Part shown: piece after piece, positions 38,130-48,385 of the stretch | Layout of the letters: each line of letters begins with the position of its first letter | How positions within the stretch are numbered: position 1 is the stretch's first letter | Assembly (NCBI GenBank): GCA_964291395.2 | Contig: OZ219856.1 | Coordinates: 1,536,001-1,600,000, forward strand | Direction: 5' to 3' | DNA length: 64,000 nucleotides | Source: Alphaproteobacteria bacterium | Lineage (GTDB): Bacteria > Pseudomonadota > Alphaproteobacteria > UBA2966 | Notes under the pieces: model-generated | Databases searched by the model: none | Told to the model about the DNA's origin: nothing | Seen by the model: only the letters and a program-made list of their open reading frames with translations | Translations under genes and position numbers: made by a program

Positions 38130-38286
38130 GCCATGCCCTCCCATTTCGACGGGTGCGGTCCTTCAGGGCGAATCCGGTACCCGAAGGTCGGAGCGTGGAT
38201 CGTTCTCCGACATCAGGGAAGCAGCCGACGAGTTCGGACTCCCGATCCCGCGTTACAACGCCGAATCCACAGTCCGCGGCACCGCA

Positions 38287-39468
38287 CTAGGGTTCGAGTT
38301 GGAAAACATCGATGAGGTTGTGCGAGAAAAACTTGTTGCGGGTGTCCTCGTCGAGATCCGGGAATTCATCGAGATAGCGCTTCACGCCGCTGATTCCGCT
38401 GGAATCCCAGTGCGGATAGTCACTGGTGTAGCCGACGTTGGAGGGCATGAATTCCATGGTTTCCTTGAGCAGCGGCTCGTCGTCCTCGAAGGCGCAGATG
38501 CAGACCTGTTCGTGGAAGTATTCCGACGGCAGACGCTCGAGCGTGACCTCGCCCGGGGGACGGGACTCGACGTGCTCGTCCATGCGGCCGAGGAAGTAGG
38601 GCACCCAGGTGACGCCGGCCTCGCACATCATGACCTTGAGGCCCGGGTGCCGTTCCAGGACGCCGTGGCCGATGATGCCGATCAGTGCCGTGCACATCTC
38701 GAGTGGATGCGAGGCGACGTGGGCCATCCAGTAGATGTCGTACTTGTAGTCGGTACTGTGCGTGGCGTTGTAGGTGCCGGTGGCTTCATGGAACAGGAGC
38801 GGCATCTTGAGATCCTGCATCGTCTGCCAGACGGGATCCCAGCCTTCCTTCCACCAGTAGACGTCCTGCATGATATTGGGCCGCAGCCACATGGCGCGGG
38901 CTCCGATTTCATGGCACCGCTTGACCTCCGCCACGGCGTAATCCACCTGGAGGGGGATCGAGCCGCACCACATGTGACGTTCGCTGTGGGCAAAATCCTT
39001 GCCGGTCCAATCGTTGAGGGCCCGCATCAGGGCGTATTGAAGCTCGATGTCCTCGACGTCGGGCACGTACAGACCGGCCGTGGGAATCCACATGCCGATG
39101 TCGACACCCGTGATGTCCATGTCCTCGTCGCGCATGTCCCAGCAGTGTTGAATCGCCTCCTGCTGGTTCAGCGACACGCCGCGCGGCCGATAATCGGAGT
39201 TGCCCTCCGGGCGGCCCATGCCGCCACCCGTGGGTTTCTGGTACATGCGGCCCTCCAGCACAAAGCGGACACCGCCGCCGTTGTCGACCTGGATGTACGG
39301 GGCACGGTCCTTGAATTCCGGGTCGAGATATTTCGTGAAAGCCTCCAACGGCTCGATCAGATGGCGGTCGCCGTCGACGACGAACCACTCCTTGCCGATC
39401 TCCTTCTGGGGTTGCCGGTACTTGTCCGCGACGAGTTCGTAATTCGATTTTTCCAATGCATCCGGCAT
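38287..39468 (-). CDS. Amidohydrolase_2 family protein
   Basis: VDGDRH, EAGVTW and SDYPHWD motifs. Confidence 0.9.
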   Translation of the reverse strand: MPDALEKSNYELVADKYRQPQKEIGKEWFVVDGDRHLIEPLEAFTKYLDPEFKDRAPYIQVDNGGGVRFVLEGRMYQKPTGGGMGRPEGNSDYRPRGVSLNQQEAIQHCWDMRDEDMDITGVDIGMWIPTAGLYVPDVEDIELQYALMRALNDWTGKDFAHSERHMWCGSIPLQVDYAVAEVKRCHEIGARAMWLRPNIMQDVYWWKEGWDPVWQTMQDLKMPLLFHEATGTYNATHSTDYKYDIYWMAHVASHPLEMCTALIGIIGHGVLERHPGLKVMMCEAGVTWVPYFLGRMDEHVESRPPGEVTLERLPSEYFHEQVCICAFEDDEPLLKETMEFMPSNVGYTSDYPHWDSSGISGVKRYLDEFPDLDEDTRNKFFSHNLIDVFQLEP

Positions 39469-39648
39469 GCTGACTCGCTTTCCTGTTCCGGTGAAATCAG
39501 TGAGCGGCGCGAAGCGCACACTCCAAACCGCTATATAGTGCTTTCAGGATAGCAAATCATCGGCCGGGAGTCAAAAACCCGCGCGAGACATCCGAAGGCT
39601 TCCATCGCGACGCCGGCTTCACGGCCGGCGCGGCCCTCCCGGTCGATT

Positions 39649-40425
39649 CTAGTCGACGTTCTCGCTCAGCAGCAGGCGACGATTGCCGGGCGGCACATGG
39701 ACCAGATGATAGGAAATCGGCTCGTCGCGATACCCGTGGCTCATGATGTGGAAGACCATGCCGACGGAATCAGGGGGCAGCCCAAGGGAGCGGCAGGCAT
39801 CGTCCGGCAACGTATCGCAAGACACCTCCTCCACCAGACGCAGCGTCGGTGTGCCGAAACGTGAGCGAAGGGTCTCGCGGATGTACTTCCCTTCCAAAGC
39901 GGTGACGGGCATATCGAGGAGGCTCCCGAACAAGTCTCCCGAGACGTAAAAGCGACTCAAGGCGTTGAACTCCCCACCGACGTCGATCATACGCCTGATA
40001 CACAGATAAAAGCTGGCGTCACCGAGAAACGTTCCCCATGGGGGTTCACCCGTGACCTTCTCGATGTCGAGGACCTCCTGATGGATCGGCAGCAGGGTCC
40101 TGCCGTCGGAGCCGATAAATCTGAGATGCCATGGCCCGAGCAGTGAGCGCGGACCGTTGACGAAGGTCCCGCGACAATGTTCACGGACGATGGCGCCCTG
40201 CTCGACCAGTCTCCCCAACGCCTTCTGGATAGTACCCAGGCTGGCGGGGACGGTTCTCGCCATCTCCGCCTCCGACGGAATCCGGTCGCCGGGTTTCCAC
40301 TCTCCGGCTTCGATCATGTGGGAGATATGATCGGCCAGTTGAACGTATTTCGGCCGTTTCAGGACCTCGGGCTCTTTCTCCGACGCCAGGCGCCTGGCAA
40401 GATTTTGAATCTCGGATCTTTCCAT
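39649..40425 (-). CDS. GntR family regulator with UTRA-like domain
   Basis: PGDRIPSE..SLGTIQKAL..GTFV. Confidence 0.9.
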   Translation of the reverse strand: MERSEIQNLARRLASEKEPEVLKRPKYVQLADHISHMIEAGEWKPGDRIPSEAEMARTVPASLGTIQKALGRLVEQGAIVREHCRGTFVNGPRSLLGPWHLRFIGSDGRTLLPIHQEVLDIEKVTGEPPWGTFLGDASFYLCIRRMIDVGGEFNALSRFYVSGDLFGSLLDMPVTALEGKYIRETLRSRFGTPTLRLVEEVSCDTLPDDACRSLGLPPDSVGMVFHIMSHGYRDEPISYHLVHVPPGNRRLLLSENVD

Positions 40426-40586
40426 CGTTTCCGCACATACCTCAGATCGACGCCGACATTTCGCTTGAACATCCTGGTTGCATGTTCGATTTCAAAACGA
40501 CCGGGCTCGGGAAGGCATTGTCGGAACGGAGTCGCTTGAACCTCCGGCAAGCCGGCTCCAGGTGCCGCGCCCGGGCCATCCGGGTC

Positions 40587-41174
40587 TCATTCCTTCACGA
40601 CCACGACGTAGTCCGATGCCGTCTTGGCGTCGGGGTCGAAGCGCGTCCGTCCGGTGTAGTTGATGTGCATGCCGTACGTGTGGAGCGAAAGCGTGGTGCG
40701 CTCGCCGTCGTTGCGGACGGTATGGATGTCGTCCCCGAGGAACGACGACAGCGTATCGACCGTCAGCTTCCGTTCGCCGACGCGCCTGAGGTCCGCGTAA
40801 CCGGGCGTCGAACCGTCATCGAGGCGCTCCCACAGGATCTCGGTCTCCTCGCCGTCCAGCCCGACAACCACGCCCCAGGTCTTGTGATCGTGAGCCGGCG
40901 TGCCCCGACCGGGCAGCCAGGAGAACAGGAATACCGGAAGGCTGTGGTCCTCTTCCTCATGCAACAGGTGCAGGCCGAAGCCCTGGTTCGGGTCGCACTC
41001 GTAGTGCTCGTCCCTGATCCACCCGGGAGTCGTGGAAATCGTCCTGGCGAGCTTCAGGATGTGAGGTTCCAGCAGCTCGACAATCCGGCGCTCGTCGGTT
41101 TCCTCGCGCACGATCCGGCGCAAGTCCTCAACGAATTCCGGGACGTCGTAGATGTTCACGTCAGCTTGCGACAT
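40587..41174 (-). CDS. Cysteine dioxygenase-like cupin
   Basis: WLPGRGTPAHDHKTWG, DIHTV and SLHTYG motifs. Confidence 0.88.
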   Translation of the reverse strand: MSQADVNIYDVPEFVEDLRRIVREETDERRIVELLEPHILKLARTISTTPGWIRDEHYECDPNQGFGLHLLHEEEDHSLPVFLFSWLPGRGTPAHDHKTWGVVVGLDGEETEILWERLDDGSTPGYADLRRVGERKLTVDTLSSFLGDDIHTVRNDGERTTLSLHTYGMHINYTGRTRFDPDAKTASDYVVVVKE

Positions 41175-41199
41175 TTTCCATCCTCCCGATCTCCATCTT

Positions 41200-41465
41200 C
41201 GCAATTTACAGCGTACCGCGCGAGGCTTCGAATCGTGTGGGCACCGATCGATCGCCTCGGTGACGACGATGCCCGCGATGCCCTCGCCGTGCTTGCTTCC
41301 GAGAAGGGGGTCGCCTTCAAACCCGGCGCAGTCTCCGAAATTCTACGCCAGACAAGCGGTTATCCCTACTTCCTTCAGGAGTGGGGCAAGCACAGCTGGG
41401 ACATCGCCGAAGCTTCCCCGATTGAGCTAGACGACGCGCAACGCGCGACAACCGAGGCGGTCGCC
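41200..41465 (+). pseudogene. Internal fragment of an AAA ATPase
   Basis: TSGYPYFLQEWGKHSW motif; no start and no Walker motifs. Confidence 0.65.
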
Positions 41466-41493
41466 ACCAACAGCCGGTCGAGCCGCGCCCATG

Positions 41494-41892
41494 TCAGCTC
41501 AGCGTGTCGACCAACTCCGCTTCCGCGATTCTCCTGTCCCGCGTCAGAAGTGTCGCGCCGAGCACGCGGGCGGTCGCCACCAGAATGCGGTCGGCCGGGT
41601 CGCGATGAAAGGAATCCGGCAACGAGGCCAACTCGGCCGCCACCGCCGGAGAGATGCCATGCCGCCGCACCAGCGGCGCGGCAACGGCCTTGTCCAGCCA
41701 CTCCCGCAGGGGAATCGTCAGGCGGATCCGTCCCAGGCGGTACAGCATGGCCACTTCCCAGAGCGAGATATCCGAAACCTCGAGCGGCGAGTCCGCGCCG
41801 GCGGCCGCAATGACGTCCCGCTGCTCCCGGGACAGCCGACCCCGGTCTCCGTGCCACCAGAGCAAAATGTGCGTGTCGAGCAACGCCTTCAT
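41494..41892 (-). CDS. PIN-domain toxin (VapC-like)
   Basis: LLDTHILLW, ISLWE, HRDPADR and TRD motifs. Confidence 0.93.
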   Translation of the reverse strand: MKALLDTHILLWWHGDRGRLSREQRDVIAAAGADSPLEVSDISLWEVAMLYRLGRIRLTIPLREWLDKAVAAPLVRRHGISPAVAAELASLPDSFHRDPADRILVATARVLGATLLTRDRRIAEAELVDTLS

Positions 41893-42128
41893 CGCTTCAG
41901 GCTGTCCCAATGGTCCTCCGGAAACACCGGCCCTACGACGTCGCCGACGATGGTGACCGTTCCCTCCAATTCGGCCTGGGGATAGACGCTTCCCTCGCCG
42001 GTGACCGGCGACAACTCGGCGACCGGCCGGCCGCGCTTCAGAATCACCAGCCGTTCGCCGGTCTCGTGGACGCGATCCAGGATGGCAAGGCACCGCGCCT
42101 TGAAGTCGGACGCGTTGATCGTATTCAC
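41889..42128 (-). CDS. Phd/YefM antitoxin (likely GTG start, leaderless)
   Basis: INASDFKARCLAILDRV..TGE..VILKRGRPVA. Confidence 0.9.
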   Translation of the reverse strand: MNTINASDFKARCLAILDRVHETGERLVILKRGRPVAELSPVTGEGSVYPQAELEGTVTIVGDVVGPVFPEDHWDSLKR

Positions 42129-42134
42129 ATGACC

Positions 42135-42163
42135 AGTATTCATGACCGGTCATGCCGTGTCAA
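42135..42163 (-). promoter_or_regulatory. Sigma70-type promoter with palindromic operator
   Basis: TTGACA-17 nt-AATACT; CATGACCGGTCATG (42141-42154) within the spacer. Confidence 0.75.
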
Positions 42164-42179
42164 CGCCGGCGCGCCCGCT

Positions 42180-43454
42180 GGTGACGTATCAGGGTTTGTG
42201 TCAGCTGAGGAGAGGGGGGTACTCCGTGGATTGTCGAGATCCACGAGAAGGAGCACCCCCATGCCGCAATCTGCGACGATCGAGAGTTTACCCGCCGCGT
42301 TCCGGATGATGAAGGCGATGCAGGCCGAAGGGGTCGAGTGGGGCGAGGATTACCGCACCGCCGCCAGGGCTGCGCTGAAGGAGGTGCTCGAGGCGCGGAT
42401 GGGCGATCTGATCGTCGGCCATCTCGATGCCATGGCGAGGCGCGAGTCGCTGACCGGCGCAACGGCCATTACCGGCGCTGGCTGATCACCGAGCTCGGCG
42501 AGATCGAGCTCTGCGTGCCGCGCACCCGCAGCTTCTCGGGCGCGGTGCTGCGCGCCTATGCAAGGCGCGCGCCGCATGTCGACCGCCTGGTGCTGGCCTG
42601 CTTCGTGCTCGGACTGTCGACCCGCAAGGTAGCCACCGCGCTCATGCCGATCCTCGGCCGGCGCATCAGTCCGGCCACGGTGAGCCGCATCGCCAGGACG
42701 CTCGATGGCGCCGTCGCCGCCTTCCACCGCAGGCCGTTGAAGGACGCTTACCCCGTGCTCATGCTCGACGGCGTGGTACTCGCCCGCAAGACCGGCGCCG
42801 GCGCGCTCAGGCGCCCCGTCCTGGTGGCGCTCGGCATCGGGGCGGACGGCAAGAAGGAGGTCATCGACTTCCGCCTGGCGGCCAGCGAGAGCGCCGCCCA
42901 GTGGGAGCGCTTCCTCACCGATCTGTACCGCCGCGGGCTCACCGGCGAAGGGATCGAGGTGATCTGCGCCGACGGCGGCCAGGGCCTGCTCGCCGCCCTG
43001 CCCATCGTCTACCCCGGCATCGCCGTCCAGCGCTGTTGGGCGCACAAGATCAGAAACGTCCTCGACAAAGTGCGCAAACCCGACCGCGACGCCGTCAAGG
43101 CCAGCCTGCACGCCATCATGAACGTCCCAAACCGGCCCAAGGCAATCTCCGCCGCGCGCCGCTTCGCCGAGCGCTGGCAGACAACCTACCCAAAGGCCGT
43201 CGCCTGCCTGCGCAACGACCTCGACGACCTGCTCACATGCTTCCGATACAAAACCCCAGACCAGCGCAAACGGGTCAGAACCACAAACGCCATCGAACGA
43301 CGCTTTCGAGAAGTCCGGCGCAGAACAAGGCCCATGGGAACCTTCCAGGACCGAACCTCAATGGACCGCATCCTGTTCGCCGTCTTCACACATGAAAACC
43401 AAAACCAGGGAGTCCCTACCCTCTTCTCCCTGACACACAACTCTTGACGTTACC
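42180..43454 (+). mobile_element. IS256-family element with 9-bp target duplication
   Basis: Imperfect IRs GGTGACGT..TGTGTCAG and CTGACACA..ACGTTACC; GCGCCCGCT at 42171-42179 and 43455-43463. Confidence 0.95.
42261..43447 (+). pseudogene. IS256 transposase, frameshifted near 42445
   Basis: MPQSATIESL... frame switches to DRRNGHY...QRCWAHK...TTNAIER. Confidence 0.85.
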
Positions 43455-43522
43455 GCGCCCGCTTGGTGGGCCAGGAAGCGGGTTTACGACGCGCTGCGGC
43501 GTTTCGTTCTCACACCCCGCAT

Positions 43523-44635
43523 CTAGGGTTTGTCAGGATCCGGCATCCGCTCCCCGGGACGGCGCGGAAGCACGCGCGTCTCGCCGATACGCATGATCCA
43601 GACGCGGTCATCCGGGATGCCCGCGCGCCTGCCCGCGGCGACGAACCCCTTGGGAGCATCGTCGAACCCGTCGTCGCCGACACGCACCGTGCCCCAGTGG
43701 ATGCCCAGCAACGCGTGGGCGCCGAGATCCATGCCGAGCCGAAGGCAGGTCTCGGGAATGCAATGGGAACCGTGCATGACCTTGCGGGGCAGATAGGCCC
43801 CGATCGAGATGATCGCCAAGTCGAAGCCGCCGTGGGTCTTCGCCACTTCCCCGTAGACGGGTCCGTATTCCGCGTCGCCGCCGAAATAGAGGCGCTTGCC
43901 GGCGCTCCCCTCGATGGCGAATCCCGCCCACAGCGTATCGTTGGTCTTGAACAACGTCCGCTTGGACCAGTGAATCACCGGCAACGCCGTGAACTTCAAG
44001 CCCTTCAAGGTCGCCGAGTCGTACCAGTCCATTTCGATCACCGTTCCATAGCCCCGCTCCTCGAAGTAATGCCCGAGCCCGAGGGGCACGATGGCCGTGA
44101 TGCCCGCCTTGTGGGGCAGGATGTCCAGGGTGGGCAGGTCGAGATGGTCGAAATGGCCGTGCGAAAGGACTATGACATCGATCTTCGGCATGTCCTTCAC
44201 CGCAATACCCGGCGGAACGTAACGGCGGGGACCGTAGGGCGGTGTCGGCGTGGCAAAATCGGTCAGCCAAGGGTCCGTCAGAACGGTCACGCCATCGAGA
44301 CGGATCAGCGCCGTCATGTGACCGATCCAGGTCAGCGTGTCCTTGCCTTCGGTCGCCCGGAAGGCGGCCAGGGCGTCGTCGGGCGGAATCACGTGGCTCT
44401 CCGGGAACTCCACCCGCCAGTTTTCCCGTCCGGCGACGAGGCGGCTCAACAACCAGGGGAAACGGACATGCCAGGGATTGCGTTCGGGACTGCCGGGCGG
44501 GTTGCGGAAGCCGCCGGTCGTGTGATGGTAAGGCGCGTCCGGCTTTTGCTGGGGCGCGCAGGCGACCGCCAAAGCGAACGCGAGCGTCAAGAGGACGGCC
44601 GGAAACGACTCCCGAAAGACCAGCCGGCCTCTCAT
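43523..44635 (-). CDS. MBL-fold metallo-hydrolase (NAPE-PLD/RomA-like), probable lipoprotein
   Basis: AVAC lipobox; SHGHFDHLD, HWS.R and IHWGT motifs. Confidence 0.9.
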   Translation of the reverse strand: MRGRLVFRESFPAVLLTLAFALAVACAPQQKPDAPYHHTTGGFRNPPGSPERNPWHVRFPWLLSRLVAGRENWRVEFPESHVIPPDDALAAFRATEGKDTLTWIGHMTALIRLDGVTVLTDPWLTDFATPTPPYGPRRYVPPGIAVKDMPKIDVIVLSHGHFDHLDLPTLDILPHKAGITAIVPLGLGHYFEERGYGTVIEMDWYDSATLKGLKFTALPVIHWSKRTLFKTNDTLWAGFAIEGSAGKRLYFGGDAEYGPVYGEVAKTHGGFDLAIISIGAYLPRKVMHGSHCIPETCLRLGMDLGAHALLGIHWGTVRVGDDGFDDAPKGFVAAGRRAGIPDDRVWIMRIGETRVLPRRPGERMPDPDKP

Positions 44636-45819
44636 GCCCTCAGCAGTCCCCGCTCCGCCAGGTTCCGCATCAGCTCTCCGGTCCCGAACTCCCATCGCGG
44701 TATGCGGTCCGAAAACCCCACGCGGTTGACGAGCGCCCCCAATTCGGGCGCCGAAATCGTGACGAGATCGCCGACCTCGTGCGTGAAGCCGAGTCCCGCC
44801 TCGCCGCGGTCCCGGGTCGGCGCGAACATGGTTCCCGTGAACAATGCAAACCCGTCCGGGTATTGATGGCTGGCGCCGATGGTCTGGCCGACGAGCTCTT
44901 CCGGATCCCGGCTGATCTCCGCCATGGAGCTCGTGCCGTCCAATTCGAAACCGTCTTCGCCCCGTACCCGCAGCGATACGTCGCACCTTCGGATATCGTC
45001 GAGGGTGAACCCGTCGTCGAACAGGCGGATGAACGGTCCCACGGCGCAGGAGCCGTTGTTGTCCTTGGCGCGGCCCAGCAGCAGGGCGCTGCGCCCCTCC
45101 ACGTCCCGCAGATTGACGTCATTGCCGAGCGTGGCGCCGACGATCCGCCCGTGCGCATTGACGATCAGAACCACTTCGGGCTCCGGGTTGCTCCAAGTGG
45201 AAGCGGGGTGGATACCGATGTCGGCGCCGGTCCCCACCGAGGACATGGGCTGCGCCTTGGTGAATACCTCGGCGTCCGGACCGAGCCCCACTTCGAGATA
45301 AGGGGACCAGAGATCCCGTTCGAGAAGGAGATCCTTGACGCGGGCCGCTTCCTCGGAGCCGGGACGGACGGCGGACAGGTCCGCGTCGATCTCGCCCGCC
45401 AGCTCGCGGCGAACCTCGCCCGCCAGCGTCGGATCACCCTTTGTCCGCTCCTCGATGACACGTTCGAGAAGGCTGGACACGAAGGTCACACCGGCCGCCT
45501 TGACCGCCTGGAGATCGATCGGCGACAGGAAGTACGGCACCCCGTCTCGCCGGGTATCGGCACTCGAATTGACCAGGATGTCGTCGAACGATCCGATGGA
45601 CACTCCGCCGTCGGCCGCGTCCGCGCCCTGCAGCCCATCACGCCGATTGCAGAATTCGGAGACGGTGGGCGCCGCCCCGGTAACGTCCACGACATCCTCT
45701 CCGCGCACGAGAACGACGGCCGGACCCGGTGGACGACCGGGAACCCAGGCCCGGCCGACGAGGGTGGCATCCGGGAACCCTTCCGGCAGCGCCAGTCCTG
45801 GATCGAGGGTGAGTTCCAT
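44632..45819 (-). CDS. Fumarylacetoacetate hydrolase family protein
   Basis: NPEPE, GNDVNLRDVEGRSALLL and TGT motifs. Confidence 0.92.
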   Translation of the reverse strand: MELTLDPGLALPEGFPDATLVGRAWVPGRPPGPAVVLVRGEDVVDVTGAAPTVSEFCNRRDGLQGADAADGGVSIGSFDDILVNSSADTRRDGVPYFLSPIDLQAVKAAGVTFVSSLLERVIEERTKGDPTLAGEVRRELAGEIDADLSAVRPGSEEAARVKDLLLERDLWSPYLEVGLGPDAEVFTKAQPMSSVGTGADIGIHPASTWSNPEPEVVLIVNAHGRIVGATLGNDVNLRDVEGRSALLLGRAKDNNGSCAVGPFIRLFDDGFTLDDIRRCDVSLRVRGEDGFELDGTSSMAEISRDPEELVGQTIGASHQYPDGFALFTGTMFAPTRDRGEAGLGFTHEVGDLVTISAPELGALVNRVGFSDRIPRWEFGTGELMRNLAERGLLRA

Positions 45820-46030
45820 GATGGTGGATACCGGAATCTATCAATCAGTGAAATTACTTTGTATTCAACAACTTAACAATAGAAACCTGACTCCCGCGTT
45901 TGGTTCCGTAAACTTCGGCGACTCGAATGCGCCGCAGGGAGAGGGTGGCGGGCGCATGGAGAGAACCGACGCGCGCGGCCCGCCCCCTGCAGGACCACCG
46001 GAGGAACGGAAACTATCCTTCCGGTGCCGG

Positions 46031-46432
46031 TCAACCGAGCGGCGGCACCCCTTCGGCCGCGGCCGCCTCGTTCAACCGCCGGTCCAGGCTCGCGAGCGCA
46101 CAACCTTCCCGGATCGCGAGAGCCAGGTAACCGGCGTCGTAGGCGCTCAGGCCGTGAGCGCGGGCCAGCGCCATGATGAGATGGTCGTCCGCGTCGCCCG
46201 GACAACGGATCGGGAGCCGGCGCAGCCGGGCAAGGGACGCGTCGGCGTGGTGCACGCCGATCCTGCCCCGACGCTCGGCCGCCAGCAGCAGGTTACGCAG
46301 TTCGTCCCAGAAGAGGCCCGGAACCCTGGCTTCTTCATCCGCCAGGCAATCGAGCGCACGCTCAGCGAGCTCCGCTTCCTCGTCCGGCAGCAGCCAGGCG
46401 GCCGCCACCGACGCATCGGGCACGAAGGCCAT
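46031..46432 (-). CDS. PIN-domain toxin (VapC-like)
   Basis: FVPDAS, LSAYDA.YL.LA and SLD motifs; TGATG overlap with antitoxin. Confidence 0.9.
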   Translation of the reverse strand: MAFVPDASVAAAWLLPDEEAELAERALDCLADEEARVPGLFWDELRNLLLAAERRGRIGVHHADASLARLRRLPIRCPGDADDHLIMALARAHGLSAYDAGYLALAIREGCALASLDRRLNEAAAAEGVPPLG

Positions 46433-46674
46433 CAGCGGGCGTGTCCCTCGTGGCGCCAGGAGAGGAGCTCGGACGTCGTCACGGCCTGCTGCTTCGATCG
46501 TTCCCGGCGCAGGGTGGCGCACAGCGCGGCGCGGTCCCGCGGGCTGTCGATGCGGGTGACGTGGGCGATCGGCGTCGGCCCGCGGCAGATGACGAGATCC
46601 TCGCCGGCCTCGACCTCGGCCAGCAGCGCCGAGAGATGCGTCTTGGCTTCGCCGATCTTCACGCGGCGCGTCAT
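46432..46674 (-). CDS. Phd/YefM antitoxin
   Basis: IGEAKTHLSALLAEVEAGEDLVICRG. Confidence 0.9.
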   Translation of the reverse strand: MTRRVKIGEAKTHLSALLAEVEAGEDLVICRGPTPIAHVTRIDSPRDRAALCATLRRERSKQQAVTTSELLSWRHEGHAR

Positions 46675-47136
46675 GAGTTCGCACTCCCCGTCCAGGCTTG
46701 CGACGGAACCGTAGGCGCGGATGCGGGACTTGGTCAAGTAGTTGGTTCAATAACCGGAAGCGCCTGGCCGTCGCGAGGGCGGCCATGTCGGGCTGGCCCT
46801 CTCCCCACCGCCGAGGAGTCTCTGCCGAGTTCTCCTGAAGAAAACTTCATGACATCATGTGAATTGTCGCTTAATCGAGTCTGTCCGGGACCCCCGGGGA
46901 CCGGGTCCAAACCAAGGATGGCCGCCACAAATGCCGGAAATGAGGGATTCGTGTACCCTAGTGTACCCGACCTGGCCGGACAGCGGAGGAGGACGTCTGA
47001 AGAACGCGCCCGGTGACAGCTCTTCCGCAACCGGCGTTCCTGCAGCCATGTCATCCGGATCATTCCCGCACCTCTTTCCAGAGACGCGCACCAGACAAAT
47101 CATGTAATGGCGGAACCATACTGAAGGAAAATCAAT

Positions 47137-48069
47137 ATGGACATAGATAATGTAATAACTCATTCCATCGGAATGAATTCAATAATTTCATTATTGGTCG
47201 TTATATTCGTATTGATTGTGATTTTCAAAGGAATCAAGGTGGTTCCGCAAAGCAACGTGTTCGTCGTCGAACGGTTTGGAAAATTTACGAGAACACTCTA
47301 TGCGGGGTTGAATTTCATCGTGCCGTTCCTGGACAGGATTGCACACCGGGTATCCATCCTCGAACGTCAGCTGCCCGAATTCAGAATTTCGGTCATCACC
47401 CGCGACAACGTAGAGGTTCGACTGGAATCGACGGTGTTTTACCGCATTACCGATGCCGCATCCTCGGTCTACAGGATTCAAGACATCAACCAAGCCCTGC
47501 ATACCGCTTCGGAATCGATCATTCGATCCGCCGCCGGCAAGCTCGAGCTCGACGAGCTGCAGTCGAGCCGGGAATCCATGAATGACGAGATCGCGCACAA
47601 TCTCAAGGAGGCGGCCGCCGTTTGGGGCATCGACATCACCCGAACCGAAATCACCGACGTCATCATCGACGAGCAAACCAAAGAGGCGCAGCGCCAGCAG
47701 CTCAATGCCGAACGCGAACGCCGCGCGGTGATCGCGCGCGCCGAAGGCGAGAAACGGGCCATCGAACTCTCCGCCGAGGCCAAGCTCTACGAGGCACAGA
47801 GAGAAGCCGACGCCGTGAAGGTGAAGGCGGACGCCGATGCCTATGCCGTCAAGGTCAAAGCCGCGGCGGATGCCGAGCAAACCCGTGTCGTGGCCGCGGC
47901 AATATCCGACGACGGTCAGCCTGCCATCGAATTCGAGATCATGAAGCGCCAGGTCACCGCGCTGTCGGAGGTGGCTTCGGCCGACAACGCCAAGACGATC
48001 ATTCTGCCGACCGATGTCACCGGCGTTCTCGGCGCCCTGCAGGTATTCGCAGAAAACATCAGGAAATAG
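47137..48069 (+). CDS. SPFH/Band 7 (QmcA/paraslipin-like) protein
   Basis: VVERFGKF..L.AGLNFIVPFLD, ITRDN and AERERRA motifs. Confidence 0.92.
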   Translation: MDIDNVITHSIGMNSIISLLVVIFVLIVIFKGIKVVPQSNVFVVERFGKFTRTLYAGLNFIVPFLDRIAHRVSILERQLPEFRISVITRDNVEVRLESTVFYRITDAASSVYRIQDINQALHTASESIIRSAAGKLELDELQSSRESMNDEIAHNLKEAAAVWGIDITRTEITDVIIDEQTKEAQRQQLNAERERRAVIARAEGEKRAIELSAEAKLYEAQREADAVKVKADADAYAVKVKAAADAEQTRVVAAAISDDGQPAIEFEIMKRQVTALSEVASADNAKTIILPTDVTGVLGALQVFAENIRK

Positions 48070-48073
48070 AGGG

Positions 48074-48385
48074 ATGGAAGTCTACCTGTCGTTGTCGTAC
48101 TGGCTGTTTCAGTTCGAGGTGTGGATCATCCTCGGCATCGTCCTGATCATCGTCGATATCTGGGTCGGGTTCGGCATGATCATTCTGCCCGTAGGCGTCG
48201 CCGCTCTATTGCTGGCCGCGCTGCTCTTCGGCGAGTCGCGGCAGCTGTTCGGCGAGATGGATCTGTTCCCGTCCTGGCGCGTCGTATTGATCTGGTTCGC
48301 GGGCCTTTCGATCCTCTCCGTCGGCCTGATACGGGTCGTGTTCCAACGCTCCAGAAAAAGCGGAACCGATATCAACAAATATTGA
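48074..48385 (+). CDS. Short NfeD-like membrane protein
   Basis: Three hydrophobic segments, C-terminal DINKY, directly after the SPFH gene. Confidence 0.7.
   Translation: MEVYLSLSYWLFQFEVWIILGIVLIIVDIWVGFGMIILPVGVAALLLAALLFGESRQLFGEMDLFPSWRVVLIWFAGLSILSVGLIRVVFQRSRKSGTDINKY

Noticed and set aside
46750-47100. Intergenic region with small hairpins as a candidate ncRNA or riboswitch
   Set aside because: No recognisable family motif; short GC-rich stems are expected by chance
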